From Amoebophrya sp. A120 (taxonomy: Eukaryota; Protista; Dinoflagellata), in contig CAJINV010000020.1 of NCBI GenBank assembly GCA_905178155.1, positions 310,001-374,000 of the forward strand: DNA of 64,000 bases, read 5' to 3'. Made by a program: the position numbers and the translations under genes. The notes beneath the pieces are model-generated. The model did no database searches. It had not been told where the DNA came from and saw nothing but the letters and a program-made list of their open reading frames with translations. The first letter of the stretch is position 1; every line of letters begins with the position of its first letter. Below are positions 12,122-24,695 of the stretch, in pieces.

Positions 12122-12190
12122 CCTCGACATAATTTTGACGACAACTACCTCAACCATCGAAAGGTGCAGAGTCGAGATATGTCAACGAGG
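12122..12190 (+). promoter_or_regulatory. Candidate SECIS-like stem-loop in the 3' UTR
   Basis: CCTCG/CGAGG and GACATA/TATGTC outer helices; TGA-N13-AA-N22-GA spacing; CATC-GAAA-GGTG mini-helix. Helix II is imperfect and the first base is U rather than A. Confidence 0.45.
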
Positions 12191-13035
12191 TTGATTTTTT
12201 TTGCAGCGGAAATCGATGCAGGTGCAACTGATGGATTTTTGTTTGGATGAGTCTTTTCAGCTCGTGAACAGCGCGAATATGCTGGTCGGTTGCCCCGTGA
12301 AGAAATCGTAGTCATTTTGGATGGAAAACCACACGAGAAAACTCTCCTCATGCTTTGTTCGAGATGAACATAATATAATATTTCATCGAAAAGGAGCACA
12401 GACTCGAGGTGAGAGTTCTGTCCTGTTAATTTTTGATGACCTCGGATGTTGAGAGAATTTAGCTCAGCGCGCGTTCTCGGATAAGAAGGCAGACGAGCCC
12501 ACCGCACTTTCGGGAGAGAAGAGTGATAATTCGCAGAGATTTATTGATGGTTCTGCACCTATGAAAAAAACCAGCGGCCCCAATTTTTGTTTTCACGGTA
12601 GCAAGAAAAGCTTTGCTTTTGAGTTGATGTTTATGGACAAACAGTAGACATGTAGAAAGATATCCAATGGGTCGTCGTGTCGCGGGATGAAATGAACACG
12701 ACTTTTGAAATGTGTAGTATAGGATAACTAAGGTGGATTGACGTCTTCGTGAAGAACCTTCGTCGGGGGAGCTCTAGCGTAGTCGTTTGAAGATACAACT
12801 GTTGGTCGTAGTCGCGCAGAGTGAAGACAAACCATGACCTGTAATTTCGTTTCAAAAAACCTTCTAGGCCTTTTGAGAAGCTGCAGGTACGACAGCAGTA
12901 AGGAAGTCCATAGCAAGTAGGTATACTACGCTAATTGTGGTCTTTACGCCTGTGTCCGTTCCTTGTTTAAAAATGCATCCCCACTTGTATTAAAAACCTG
13001 TATCACAACATCAACATCTTACTAAAACTGCAAAA

Positions 13036-15218
13036 ATGCCTCTCGCCGGCTCCACGACGCCGCTCGCGTCGGTGTTCGCGAAGACGGTACGTTTCGCGGT
13101 GCGCGTCGGCGAAAAAGTTGCCGACTACCTGGAGCAGCAAGACGATCGCGACCAAGGAAGGGCCGCGGTGGAGGTGACATCAACTACAGAGACATCTTCG
13201 CGAAGTGGTAGTGGAATTTCTGGAGTAGAAGTTCCTCGTTCTGCAGCAGTAACGTGTGACCACAGCACGACGACCAGTACAACAACCGAGGAAATAAACG
13301 AGTGTAGCCGGACCACGAGCATTTCGACAGCTACCACAACGGCTACATCGCCGACGTCCGAGACCTCTCTCTCGACCTCTACTACTTTTGGAGACCTTGA
13401 CGTCTGCTTCTCCCAGCAAGAATGCGCGATCTGTCTCCGTTCTTTGGAAAAGGGCGCGCTGCTACGGACGCAGTGCGGACATTGGTACCACGCAGCCTGC
13501 GGGATGCAAGCCTGGCAGCGCCGGCCGCTTTGTCCGCTCTGTCGGGAACCGATAGATTGCGTTGCCGACAGTGTTGACACGTGCACGCCGGTCACGTTTG
13601 AGGATCTTTGCAGCGCAGGCAACTACTGCACCGGGGACCGGACTTCACAGAACAGTGTGGCGGCGAGACCGTATCTATGTTTTGCTTGGCTTTTTTTGCA
13701 TGAAGTAAGTAGTCTTTGCATAATGATCAATTTTGGTTCCGAATCAATTAGATCAAGGGTACTTGTTCTTAAAGCCATAGCGAAGAACGTCCGATAAAAA
13801 AAACACAGATCCTTCCCGACAAATCCCGCGGATTACTTTGCCGGTTCGGATTCCGACGCATTGCGGCGTGTTTCGCAGGCCATCACACGCCTAAGCCTCG
13901 TGGACAATGCGCTTGCAGTGCGGCCTCGCGACGCTGGGGGGGCATCGTATTCGTTTGATTCATTTTTTTTTTGGTGCTAGTATGATGTATGTTAGGAGGT
14001 AGCCAGTTTCATCCACCATGTTTTCGGTTTCCTCGATACAAGGCTGGCTTTGAATGATTATGATCCCAAATAGTTTATTTTGAACAATAAAGCTGCCATT
14101 CTGAAATCAGTCGTTCTCCCGGCGACGACGCCACGTCCGGCACCCCGACCGGCGAGGAACGGCAGCGGCAGCAAGACGAATCCGTCCGTGGCATCCTCAA
14201 CACCGTGCCCATAGATCCGCACGTGCTGGCCCGGATGCGGCGCGAGAACCGCAGACTCGGAACGCAGCCGGCTTTTTCCAGCATGCTGCGCGGCGGGGTC
14301 GAAAATAACGCTCACGGTCATTCGCGCGCACCGTCCACGGGCTGCATTTACGCCGATCTGTTCCTCGCGGACTTGGGAATCTGGTCTAATTTGAACTACA
14401 GCAGCGCGAACAATGCAAATGCTTCGTCCTCCTCTAGTAGCAGCACGGCGGCAGCCCTGTCGACGAGCCCGTCGGTCACGGACCTGAACACGATGGTGGA
14501 ACAAGGATCTTCAAACCCGAATTCACCCACTACGACTTTTCGACGGGGGGAACAAAGACCGGAAGTGACGGACACAGCAGCCACAGCACCTTCAACATTA
14601 TTCTCCACCACGACTTCTGGTAGCGCCACCTCTACCTCCACCAGCAGAGATGATTCCTCGCCCACAAGTAGGTTGCAGCAGAACCTGAACCGCGCAGCGA
14701 ATCTTCCGACAGCTAACACTACGACAAATTCCACCTCCACCAGTGCCACCACCGCGGAGGAGCTTTTGGAAAACGGGACGTTGAACCTACCACCTCTCAC
14801 CGAGTACCAGCACTCGCTGCTCCGCGGCGTGTGCCTCGTGCAGCTGATCGACGAGCTGTTTCAGTACGCGTCGGTCGGGCACTACGAGGCGGTGTCCGCG
14901 ATTTTGAGCAGTGGGTTTGTGGACGTGAAGTCCGCGAAGGACGTCTGTGGCAACACGATCCTGCACTTCGCGCGGAACCTGGACATTGTGAAGCTGTGTG
15001 TCGAAACCTACCACGCCGACGTAAACGCGGTAAACGACGCGGTGTGGAGTCCGCTGCACTGGGCCGCGGAATGCGAAAACCCCGCCTTGTGTTGGACGCT
15101 GCTCCAGTACGGCGCAGACCCGACGGTGTATACGAATTGCTCCAGGACCGCCAGGGATCTCGCCACCTCCGACGCCGTGCGGTCCGTCTTCGACTCCTTC
15201 TCCTCGCGGTCGGCGTGA
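13036..15218 (+). CDS. RING-H2 zinc finger plus C-terminal ankyrin-repeat protein (putative E3 ligase), 3 exons
   Basis: CAIC...CGHWYHAAC...CPLC; ankyrin motifs GNTILHFA and WSPLHWAA; exons 13036-13670, 13809-13946 and 14111-15218 joined by phase-compatible GT-AG introns. Confidence 0.8.
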
Positions 15219-16610
15219 AGGTCAGAACTGTGGATGGATTTAGAATAAGGTGTATGCGTCTCTGTGAATTTCTCCTGTCCCCACTCTAGTAAGTACTACA
15301 CGCCCACCTACTTATACGACAGTGAATACCAAGATTACAACCACCTGCAGCACCACCCTTCTACGAGTATCAGCCCCTTTTATTTAGCACCATCGAAAAA
15401 AAGCCGCTTAGGATGTTTGACCTTTTGCAATTTTGAAAAGTCTCGGATAAGATAGATACACCCTTGTTTAATATTCTGTTTCGAACTGTAAAAATGTCGC
15501 AAGTGTACAGACCCGCAATGTGATGTGGAATCTATGCTGGCAACTTAAAATATAAAAAGTCTACCCCAGTAGTTGACGGCTCTGTGAATCTTGATCTTTG
15601 ATCGTAAGCCTGAATGACTGGCGGTGAAAACGAGCAAGAAAGATTCCCAAGAAACATTTTCCTAGGAAGTGTTTCCAGTTTTGAATTTTGGTTTGTTTCT
15701 GATTTAGTACCGAGCAATGATGCTAAAAGTTGAAAACAACAGCTTTATTGCCAATAACAATTAAGGACGGCACGAAAATGAGCAGAACTGGCACTGTAAT
15801 GCGTAAGCTGATAGCGGAGCTACGGATATCTGAACTAGGTGGTTTAAAGAACTTTCTTCAGCTTATGACTTTCCTGAAGTTTCGAGTTATTCAGCACACA
15901 CTGGTGTGAGTATGATTCTCTACGTATTGACTTCACTCAAAAACATACGTAGCAAATCGGTTCTTGCACAACTGTTGGTTTTTGCAGCGTCTGGGCGCAA
16001 CATCCAACAGAAAAGGGAAATCCGCCACTGCTGCTTCTTTCTGAAGAGGTATCCGTTGGACTGGAAAGTATTGAGTGCGCTAGTGGACAAATTCAGCATC
16101 GCCGGCCTTCGGAAACAAGGGAAGGACTGAACTAGCGCCACCCGAGCTTTTTTTTCGATGATCTCTTTACTCGTTTTCTTGGACACCAATATGATAATCC
16201 CACGCCCGTATGAGTTTTCAAATGACGCTGTCAATGTCAGTTTTGACCGAAAAAAATAAATTCCTGATAGAGATGAAAAAGGCCTGAAGCAACCACAAAA
16301 ATCGTGGAGCTACAGCGTGCTTCCGATACAGTAAGTAGACCACGGGTGCACCTGCTGAAGCCACTGCGTGCTCCCGCGTTCCCGCCTGTCTTTAACTTGC
16401 CGAGAGAGTAGCGAGGTCGTTCGTGTATCGCTCGTGCGAATGAATTTTTGAGAGTCTTGAGTGAACAAGTTCAAGTAGAGATGTTTGCTCATGGTTGTGT
16501 TCTTTTGTGGCGCATTTTACTGCATTTTAGTACAACGCTAAAGACTGCAGCATTACCATTACTCGCAAATTATTGGAAGCATCTCGACCGCGTCTCCACA
16601 CTCCAAAACC

Positions 16611-19114
16611 ATGCCTCCCTGCTTCCAGCAGAGCGACTTCGCCCGCATGACGGGAGCTGAGCTGGCCGCGGTCCTGGCCGGCCACGGCAAGTCGGTGGCG
16701 AACCCGCGGGCGAGCAAGCAGACACTGATCGAAAAGTTAGTCAAGATTGAGGAGGTCACGGAGCGCGGCCTGATGCACGACGCCATGACGCGAACCGGGT
16801 TGATGAACTTGCTGGAGGGGATGGGGAACCACTCCTCTTCGAATCAAGTGTTTTCCCGGGGCATGCTATGCAATACAAATTTCCCGTACATGTATGAAAT
16901 GCATGACAAATTTTGCTAGCTTAGAGTGTCCAAATTTTCATGCTGACTACGATTGAAGGCAAGTTTTGTCATGCAGAAACAGCATTCATACGTGTGCGGG
17001 AGATTTGGATTTCCTGTGGATACATGCTGGCGACGCGGGTCATCTCCACACTGAACAAGCGGGCCCGGCTATCCAAGAAAAAAAACGTTGTTAGTGTGAA
17101 TTTGTAATGCGCAAGAACATGCAAGATAATTACGTCTGTCATGCTTGGCATGGATTGTAGGGTCCAGTAAAGGGCGTTTTCACATCCTCTCTGCGCATGA
17201 CAGGTTTTTGCTGTCATGCCAGACAGATTTGTAATGCTGTTCCTCCAAAAAAGTTACACCTACAATGTTTTTTTCTTGGATACCGCCAGGAAGAAAAGAA
17301 AAAACTGGAAAAGCAAAAGGCAATCGAAAAAGCGAAAGTAAAGGAGCAAAAAGAAGCGGCAAAGGCGGAGGCGGCAGCGGCCAAAGTCGCGAAAGCGAAG
17401 GAGAAAGCGGAGAGGAAATTGGCGGGAAGTAGTAGCAAAGCGGTTCTTGTTGTTCCGGTGAATACGAAGATGACTGCGCAGCAGGCCGGCGCTCTTCCAA
17501 AAATTGCAGGGCCTGCCGCGAAGATAGTAAATCCGGACGATCCAATGCAGCAGCTGCGAAACCAACCCGCAGCGCCATCGCAGATGAATGCAGGATCTAG
17601 TTTATCTAAAGCTGATTCTAAGCCGAGCCGCGCTGTCCAACAACCTACTGTCGCTAGTAGAAGTGCAACTACTTCTGTGTCTGTTCTCGCTCCTGCTGTT
17701 GCTGCCTCGGCGAAAGACAGCGAAAGAACCGACCCGGCGTTGCGGTACCCGGGGTTGCCGAAGGACTGCAAGGATAAATTCCAAATCAACGTGTATTTTC
17801 GCGAAAAGTGGAGCAAGTATCCCTACGTGAAAGACGACTCGGTGAAATTCGTAACCGAAGCCGACACGCAGCTGGTCCGACACATCCCAGAACTCCAGTA
17901 CCAGACCGCGTTCCTCCCCTTGGAACACGAAATCAAAAAGGTGCGCAAGCAGTTGCAAGGGGGCACGCAGGAGGTGCTGATTCTTATTTGCGATCTTTTT
18001 TTTCGTTCGTCGGGCTTAGTTATTACGTTGCTCTATCTAAGCGAGATTTTGATGATTGTGCAGCATCGAAAAAAAAAAAATCCATCAGGTGCATACCGAG
18101 ATTATGAAGCGGCTCCACGATGTTGAAAATTTACCGGAAGCGGAGAAGAAGAAGTCCTGCGAGGGCTCCTTGGTCACTTCATGGGAAGATTTCTTCTACG
18201 GCGGCACCTCCATTTTTCATCTCACGGCGAATTCCTTCAAGGTGGTGTGGCACAACCACGGCGGCATTCTGTACTGTTGGTACCACCACAAAGCGCACCA
18301 ACAGTTCTGGTCGCAGTTCAGCATGAAGGAGCGGAAGCAGGAGTCGGACCTGGTCTGGCAACGGTGGATGGAGTTGTTCGAGAAGGAATTGTTCGTCCCC
18401 ATGGCGCAGAGACTGACCACGCATGTGCAAAAGTATTTGCAGAAGAAGCAGAAACTCGTGGCAACGGTGGACGCGCGGAAAAAACAGATCGAGCAGCAAA
18501 AAATGCTGTTGGAAGAGAAGCGGATCATGCAGGAAAAAATGGAGCAGAAAAAGCGGGAAGAGGAGAAACTTCTTGCCGCACGGATGTTGAAAAAGCAGGA
18601 AGAAGAATTGCTGTCAAAGAAAAAACAAGCCGAGCAATTACAATTAGAGGCGGAGCGCGAGAAGAACGCCACTACGGTCGAAGAACAACGGGGTGCGGAA
18701 ACTACGGGGCGGATGCAAGCTACAACTGGCGAAGGAGCCACCGCGAACGGCGGTGCTGCCGCGGAACTGAAGAGCGCCGCGGGAAAGAACAAGATGAAAC
18801 CGACTGAAGAAGAAGTGATCAATCTCGTGTCCTCTGATTCCAGTAAGTCGTCCTCCGTCGCCGTCGTCGTGGAAGTTGTCGATAAGAAAGTAGTGGAACA
18901 GCAAGCAGTTATCAACGAGAGCGCGACAGAGGTGCTCGATGATGCAAAGGCCGTCGTGGTATCAGGAACTGTCCCGGCGGTGTCGGACGGGGAATTGGTG
19001 AAAGGAAAAAGACCTGCCTCCGTAGGAGCCGTGCAGGAAGCAGAGTTTGTAGCCTCTGGGGAGCAGGACAGTTCGCTAAAAAAACGGAAGATTGAGGAAC
19101 TGGAACAGTTGTAA
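16611..19114 (+). CDS. Hypothetical coiled-coil, Lys/Glu-rich protein, 4 exons
   Basis: Frame continuous after removing introners 16867-17022 and 17070-17282 (SRGMLATRVISTLNKRARQEEKKK) and GT-AG intron 17974-18088. Confidence 0.75.
16867..17022. mobile_element. Introner (156 bp)
   Basis: TAT...ATA ends; TIR core CAAATTTCCCGTACATGTATGAA / TTCATACGTGTGCGGGAGATTTG; TSD CATGC. Confidence 0.85.
17070..17282. mobile_element. Introner family D (213 bp)
   Basis: TIR TATCCAAGAAAAAAA / TTTTTTCTTGGATA; TSD CCGGC/CCGCC; reverse-complement homologue at 59217-59425. Confidence 0.9.
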
Positions 19115-20222
19115 GCAGCTGGTATGAATTGCAGAATGAGAGACGGTTAATGTTAAAGCTGTTAGCAACTTCAGATTTATTTTTCGCTCGAAAGTTTCTA
19201 GTACATTACAGAGCTAGGTTTGTAAACTCCGCTGTGATCTAAATTTGTATCCTTCGTATGAAGCAAAAAAAAAGGAGAAACCGACACTGCCACAGAAAGA
19301 AACTCACCGCAGATGATGTCGTGCTTCTTTTGCGCAAGAAGTTAGTACTTCCTTGAAAATATTGACTATGCAAAAGAGACGGATCCTGAGTACATGTGTT
19401 TTTTCTCCCAAGCAACAGAGGTAGAAACTGTCCGCTAAGACATGACATGATTGTTCCTGAACGAGCAAATAGCGCAAAGACCCACCACTCTCTCACACAG
19501 AAAAGGATCCAATTAGTACATGATGGCTACATACCGCTTCTATGAGAAACGCGAATCAATCTCGATTTCAATTACGCAAGCACTGTGCACAGCGTGGCGG
19601 TGATCAGCGATCCATTTTTATCAAGAATCCAATCACTTCCCACAACTGCGAGCAACATTTTTGATACAATCTCCACCACATGCAACTACACACCAGGGCA
19701 CCTAGAAGTGAGTGAGGTTTTTTCATTCGCTTTTTCGCGCTTTTGTTTTGTTTCCCTTTTACTTCACATCAAACACCATCAATTTTCGCGACATATTTAG
19801 CATTCCTAAGTATAGAAAATTTTTGTGAAGTGGAAAGAAGCACATTAGTGCTAACATAGCCTAGAGAAAGATCTGCTGCAGCGTTTCTCGTTGAGCAGCG
19901 CGGCAATTGCTCGCAGATCTCCATATCTTTCCTGCGTTTCAACAACAAACGGCATCGAGACTTTTCAAAATTTTGAAAAACACCTTATTTTTGCCGTGCG
20001 CAAGTTGCACCGCGGCACTAATAGCAAACCCCTTTCCATATTACCCTGGCGACAACGCCGTCCGGTCTAATTAGCTGTGAACGTAGAATTTTCTACTAGC
20101 ATAGGAGTAGGAAATTCATCTAGATTCCATTTTGGAACTAAAATAAACCCTTCCTACTGTCGTCTTTTCACTGTATTATCCAAAGACAAAGACCGTAAGA
20201 ACTTTTTCCACGAACAACGAAG

Positions 20223-23161
20223 ATGGGAGGCTTCCGATTCTTGTCGCTGATTAAGCCCGTCATGGTGCTGCTGCCGGAGGTGGCGCAGCCGGACCGACGG
20301 ATCCCGTTTAAGGAAAAGCTGCTGTGGACCTCGATTTCCCTCTTCGTTTTCCTGGTGTGCTCACAAATACCGCTGTACGGAATCATGTCCTCCAAGCTGA
20401 GCGATCCCCTCTACTGGATGCGAGTACTATACTTACGACTGTTTGATGTTGCAACAGTGTGTTTGGAGCTATTTCTCGCGTCGTGCTTTGGTTAGTACCT
20501 ACGGTGTCTCACGCAAGAGCTGCAACAGCACGTCCACGTGCACGGCGCCGCGCGCGGAGGTGTTGCAGCAGTACCATAATATGTACGCGCGAGAAGCAAC
20601 GAAAAGGGGATGGACAAAATGTCCTCGTCGCACCGATGTACTGTGGTTTCAAAACGTGAAAATAAACCCAACTGTAATATAGGTACTTATGGCTTCAAAC
20701 CGTGGGTCTTTGATGGAGCTGGGTATTTCGCCGATCGTGACTTCCTCTATGGTGATGCAGTTGCTCGCGGGTTCAAAAATTATTGACGTGGACCAGACCC
20801 TCCGCGAGGACCGAAATTTGTTCAACGGCGCACAGAAATTGTTCGCTCTGCTGATCACCTTCGGAGAAGCAACAGCGTACTGATTTACTACTGTTTTTTT
20901 GCCTGCTTCAAAACCAACAAATGTTATGTACGTGCTGCTTTATTATTATTTTCCGGTATGTACAACGGGGCTGCGTCTGCGTTCCACGTGAAAAATGAAT
21001 TCCAAATAATCAGATACGTGCTTTCTGGGATGTACGGGGATGTCCGCGAGCTTGGTGGTGGCAACTCCATTCTGATCATCATCCAGCTTTTCTTCGCCGG
21101 CGTCGTGGTGCTTCTGCTGGACGAGCTTTTGCAAAAGGGCTACGGTCTGGGCAGCGGAATTTCGCTCTTTATTGCAACCAACATTTGCGAGGCGATTGTG
21201 TGGAAAACCTTCTCCCCGACAACCATCAACACCGGAAAGGGAACCGAGTTCGAAGGTAGGGGTTATGTGGATAAATTGGGTTTTCTTTGGCTTGCAGAAA
21301 TAAAACAAAGAGTGGCGTGCTACGTCTATCTTCGATCATGCAAGAACGGGGGTTCCTTCCGGGCATCGTGCTGTTGATTGAAAATGTCTTCAGGTAGGAA
21401 ACGATTGTTCTCTACAACTATTACTATCAGGTGCTATCGTTGCGCTGTTCCACCTGGTTTTTTCGAGGTCCGACAAATTCCAGGCAGTCAGGGAAGCCTT
21501 CTACCGACAGTCTGCACCAAATCTGACCAACGTGTTTGCAACCGTTCTGGTCTTCCTGATTGTCATTTACTTCCAAGGTAAGCACACGGAAAATCTTCTT
21601 TCTTGAAAAAGAAATCGAATGCGGATGTCGAAAAATGTGTCATGCAGACCTCCGATGGTATTTTCTCTTTGTGTAGCACCAAATAAGCGCATGACAAATA
21701 AATGCACTAGCCCGTACAACGACCACTACAGGCTTCCGCGTCGATCTCGCGGTGAAGTACCAGAAGGTGCGCGGACAGCAGGGCAGCTACCCGATTAAGT
21801 TGTTCTACACGTCCAACATTCCAATCATCCTGCAAACCGCTTTGGTCTCCAACCTGTACTTCTTCTCCCAGCTGCTGTACCGCCGATGGAAGAGCAACAT
21901 GCTGGTATAGTGAAGTGTGCATGACATATCGGATACTTTGTTGACGGTTTTGAATCACAAATATGCAGCATTAGACCACACGGAGATGAAACGGAACAGT
22001 CAAAATTATGCTCTGCATGGTAGTGTTCCGCATGAGAAACCTGTTTTGCTTTACTGTTTGTGCATGACAAAACAACAGGTCAACCTCCTCGGACAGTGGC
22101 AGGACCTGGACTACGGCGGTCAGTCTATCCCGGTCGGAGGCCTCGCTTACTACATCTCCCCGCCTAACAGCTTCTCCGACATCTGGGTACTACAAACTTT
22201 TTTTCTGTGCATGATCACCAGCCGGTCCGTGCATGGCAGATGTACTATGAGCTTTCCAGTGTAGAAGTTCATTGCATGACAAACACGCAAGCACCGCATT
22301 TCTGTTTAGCATGACAAACGCGCCGCAAGACCATTTGGCTACTTCCTATACATCCTACAAATTCATCACCGCCGGTCAATTACATAAAAAAACAGGTCGA
22401 TCCCATCCACGCTCTGTTCTACATCTCCTTCGTGCTGTGCAGTTGCGCTCTGTTCTCTAAGACCTGGATCGAGATCTCCGGCAGCATATGCATTGCAAAT
22501 ATGTCTGGGTCCGGAACAAGCTTGTGATGCTAAAGTATGGATGAGGCTTGTGCTTTCAAGTACAGCCGAGCATGACAAAATTACTTGACACCGTCTGTTG
22601 CTATGTAGCACGCATCACAAACTGCGTCTTTGCAAAAGTAAACGCTTTTGCTGGCTAGGCAACACAGATTTGTCACAGGAATGCTAGACATGCAACACAA
22701 GTTCTTGCACTGTTCCAGACACAGACGTGTTTGCATTCGATACAGCAGCCCCCGTGACGTCGCCAAACAGCTCCGCGACCAGCAGCTCTTGTTTAAGGGG
22801 TACAGGGAAACCAGTCTTATCAGCGTGCTGAACCAGGTAAGGATTTTTTTTCCTGTGGTTGGCGCATCGGAATTTTCTATCTGGGGTAACATCAGATGCA
22901 AAAACTTTCCTTTTTCATCTTGTTATGCCTGTTGCGCTGTAAATTTACATGTTCAACATCACTCCCCACACCGAAAATTCTAAACAGTACATCCCGACCG
23001 CGGCTGCCTTCGGTGGTATGTGCATTGGTATGCTGACCGTGGTGGCGGACTTCTTGGGCGCGATTGGCTCCGGGACCGGTATCCTGCTCGCGGTCACCAT
23101 TGTGTACAACTACTTTGAGCTCGTCTACAAGGAAAAGGAACAGGGCAACTTGCTGTTCTAA
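20223..23161 (+). CDS. SEC61A: Protein translocon subunit Sec61 alpha, 9 exons
   Basis: [86 protein letters not shown]; introns 20424-20682, 20877-21013, 21256-21430, 21578-21731, 21905-22078, 22187-22395, an introner at 22487, and 22837-22987. Confidence 0.98.
20428..20681. mobile_element. Degenerate introner forming GT-AG intron 1 of Sec61 alpha
   Basis: 254 bp; TATACTTAC...GTAATATA ends; flanking 5-mers AGTAC/GGTAC. Confidence 0.55.
22487..22742. mobile_element. Introner family A in Sec61 alpha (non-canonical intron)
   Basis: TIR ..TGCAAATATGTCTGGGTCCGGAACA / TGTTCCAGACACAGACGTGTTTGCA..; TSD CAGCA; removal restores the conserved [13 protein letters not shown]. Confidence 0.95.
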
Positions 23162-24177
23162 TCGGAAGATGATGTAGTTGGTCAAGACCAGTGCGGAAAT
23201 GCGGTAGATGAAGAAGCTGCATCAGAGACAAGACAGTACAGGAGCTACTTCTAGACGCGGAATTTTTTTTTCAAGCGCAAACGCGTCAAAACAGTAAGTA
23301 GATGACACGAGGACAGCTGCACACTACAATCACATTCTATAGGCTAATATTGACACTAATGTAGTAGACACGAGAAAATGTTGAAAGTTAAGATTGACAC
23401 AGGCCGGCTGGCGCGCGGATGATTTTTAGCGGTTGGCTATAGGTTTTCTGCTCTGTAGGCTAGCCTAACAGGGTTAAGCAAGATACTATCATCATCATCA
23501 GACGTTAAAAATTGCTCAATGTAGTAGGACCAAATCGCTTTTGGTTTTGTATCAGACCAGTTTTTTAATGCTATGTATCACAACTACTCTATCGGAGTAG
23601 TAGATGTACTAGATCGACGAGAGCAACTATATGCTAGCTGTGTATTTAACGAGTTTTTAATACCTGATGTTTATGTTATGTCTCACCTCCTAGACACAGG
23701 TTGAGGCCACGACCCTAGGTCCTAAACGTGACAACTGTATCACCTCTCCAGATTCAATGAGCTTATTTAAACGACGACATACGGATATGGATAAAATGCA
23801 GTTACAGGAACGTGCTTGTACTCTTCATAGCGACCACTTTTCTAGAACAACTCTTGAATGCACTTTAGCATATACAGCGACTCAGATCTTCTTGAAACCG
23901 GCGTAGCTGCCTGGTGGATAAAGTACCAAGAATGTGTCGTGGTTTAAAACTTGGTATAAAAGAACTCGTGGCAAAGAACGAGGAATTTCATCCCTTTTTT
24001 ACGTTTTTAGCATCCAAAATCGAAATCTGAATCGAACACTTTCATCGCAGGTTAATAAGGTTGAGAGATACATAACCTACAATCGATTTTCGCTTTTCAC
24101 GTCACGAAAGATGCTTTTTTGCAAGCTGTAACGTTTCACGCTTATAAAAACATCACTCCTTTTGATGGTCTCAACTT

Positions 24178-24241
24178 CCCGTGCTCTTTCCTGAAGAATT
24201 TCGCACTCCCTCCCAAGAAAATTTTATCGCGCGTCTTCGCT
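24178..24241. repeat. About 64-bp dispersed direct repeat, copy 1
   Basis: Near-identical to 26250-26312. Confidence 0.85.
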
Positions 24242-24695
24242 ACGATGGTTGAAAGAAGCAGCTAAGGTCGCGCTTGTGATGGGTTTTTCTTTCCGTGTGG
24301 GGAGGCCATTTTCAAACAAAGAAACTGAGCGTGCCATGCAGCGCCTAAATTATCGAAAGAAAATTTACGGATCAAGAAAGAGGCGCCATCTGCGAGAGAG
24401 CGGTGTCTTGCCGTCGTGGTTTTTTTGCATTGGTTATCAAACTTCGCTTTTCGAAAATTGACGTACAAACAGAGAACAAATCGCGAGAGTGCTTGATTGC
24501 GAGTAGTTCAGGAGCGACGCTTGTTACTTCCAAAAGGCTTCGTTTTTGTTCGTTTTTGAAAAAAAAACACACACAGCAAACTACCATAAACCACTAGATT
24601 TTGTTGGCAGGTCCCCCTGTTGCGAACTTTTTCAGCTTTTTGACTCCGCTTTACGTGGCATTAGCAAACACACATTGAAGACAATCGGCAATATC

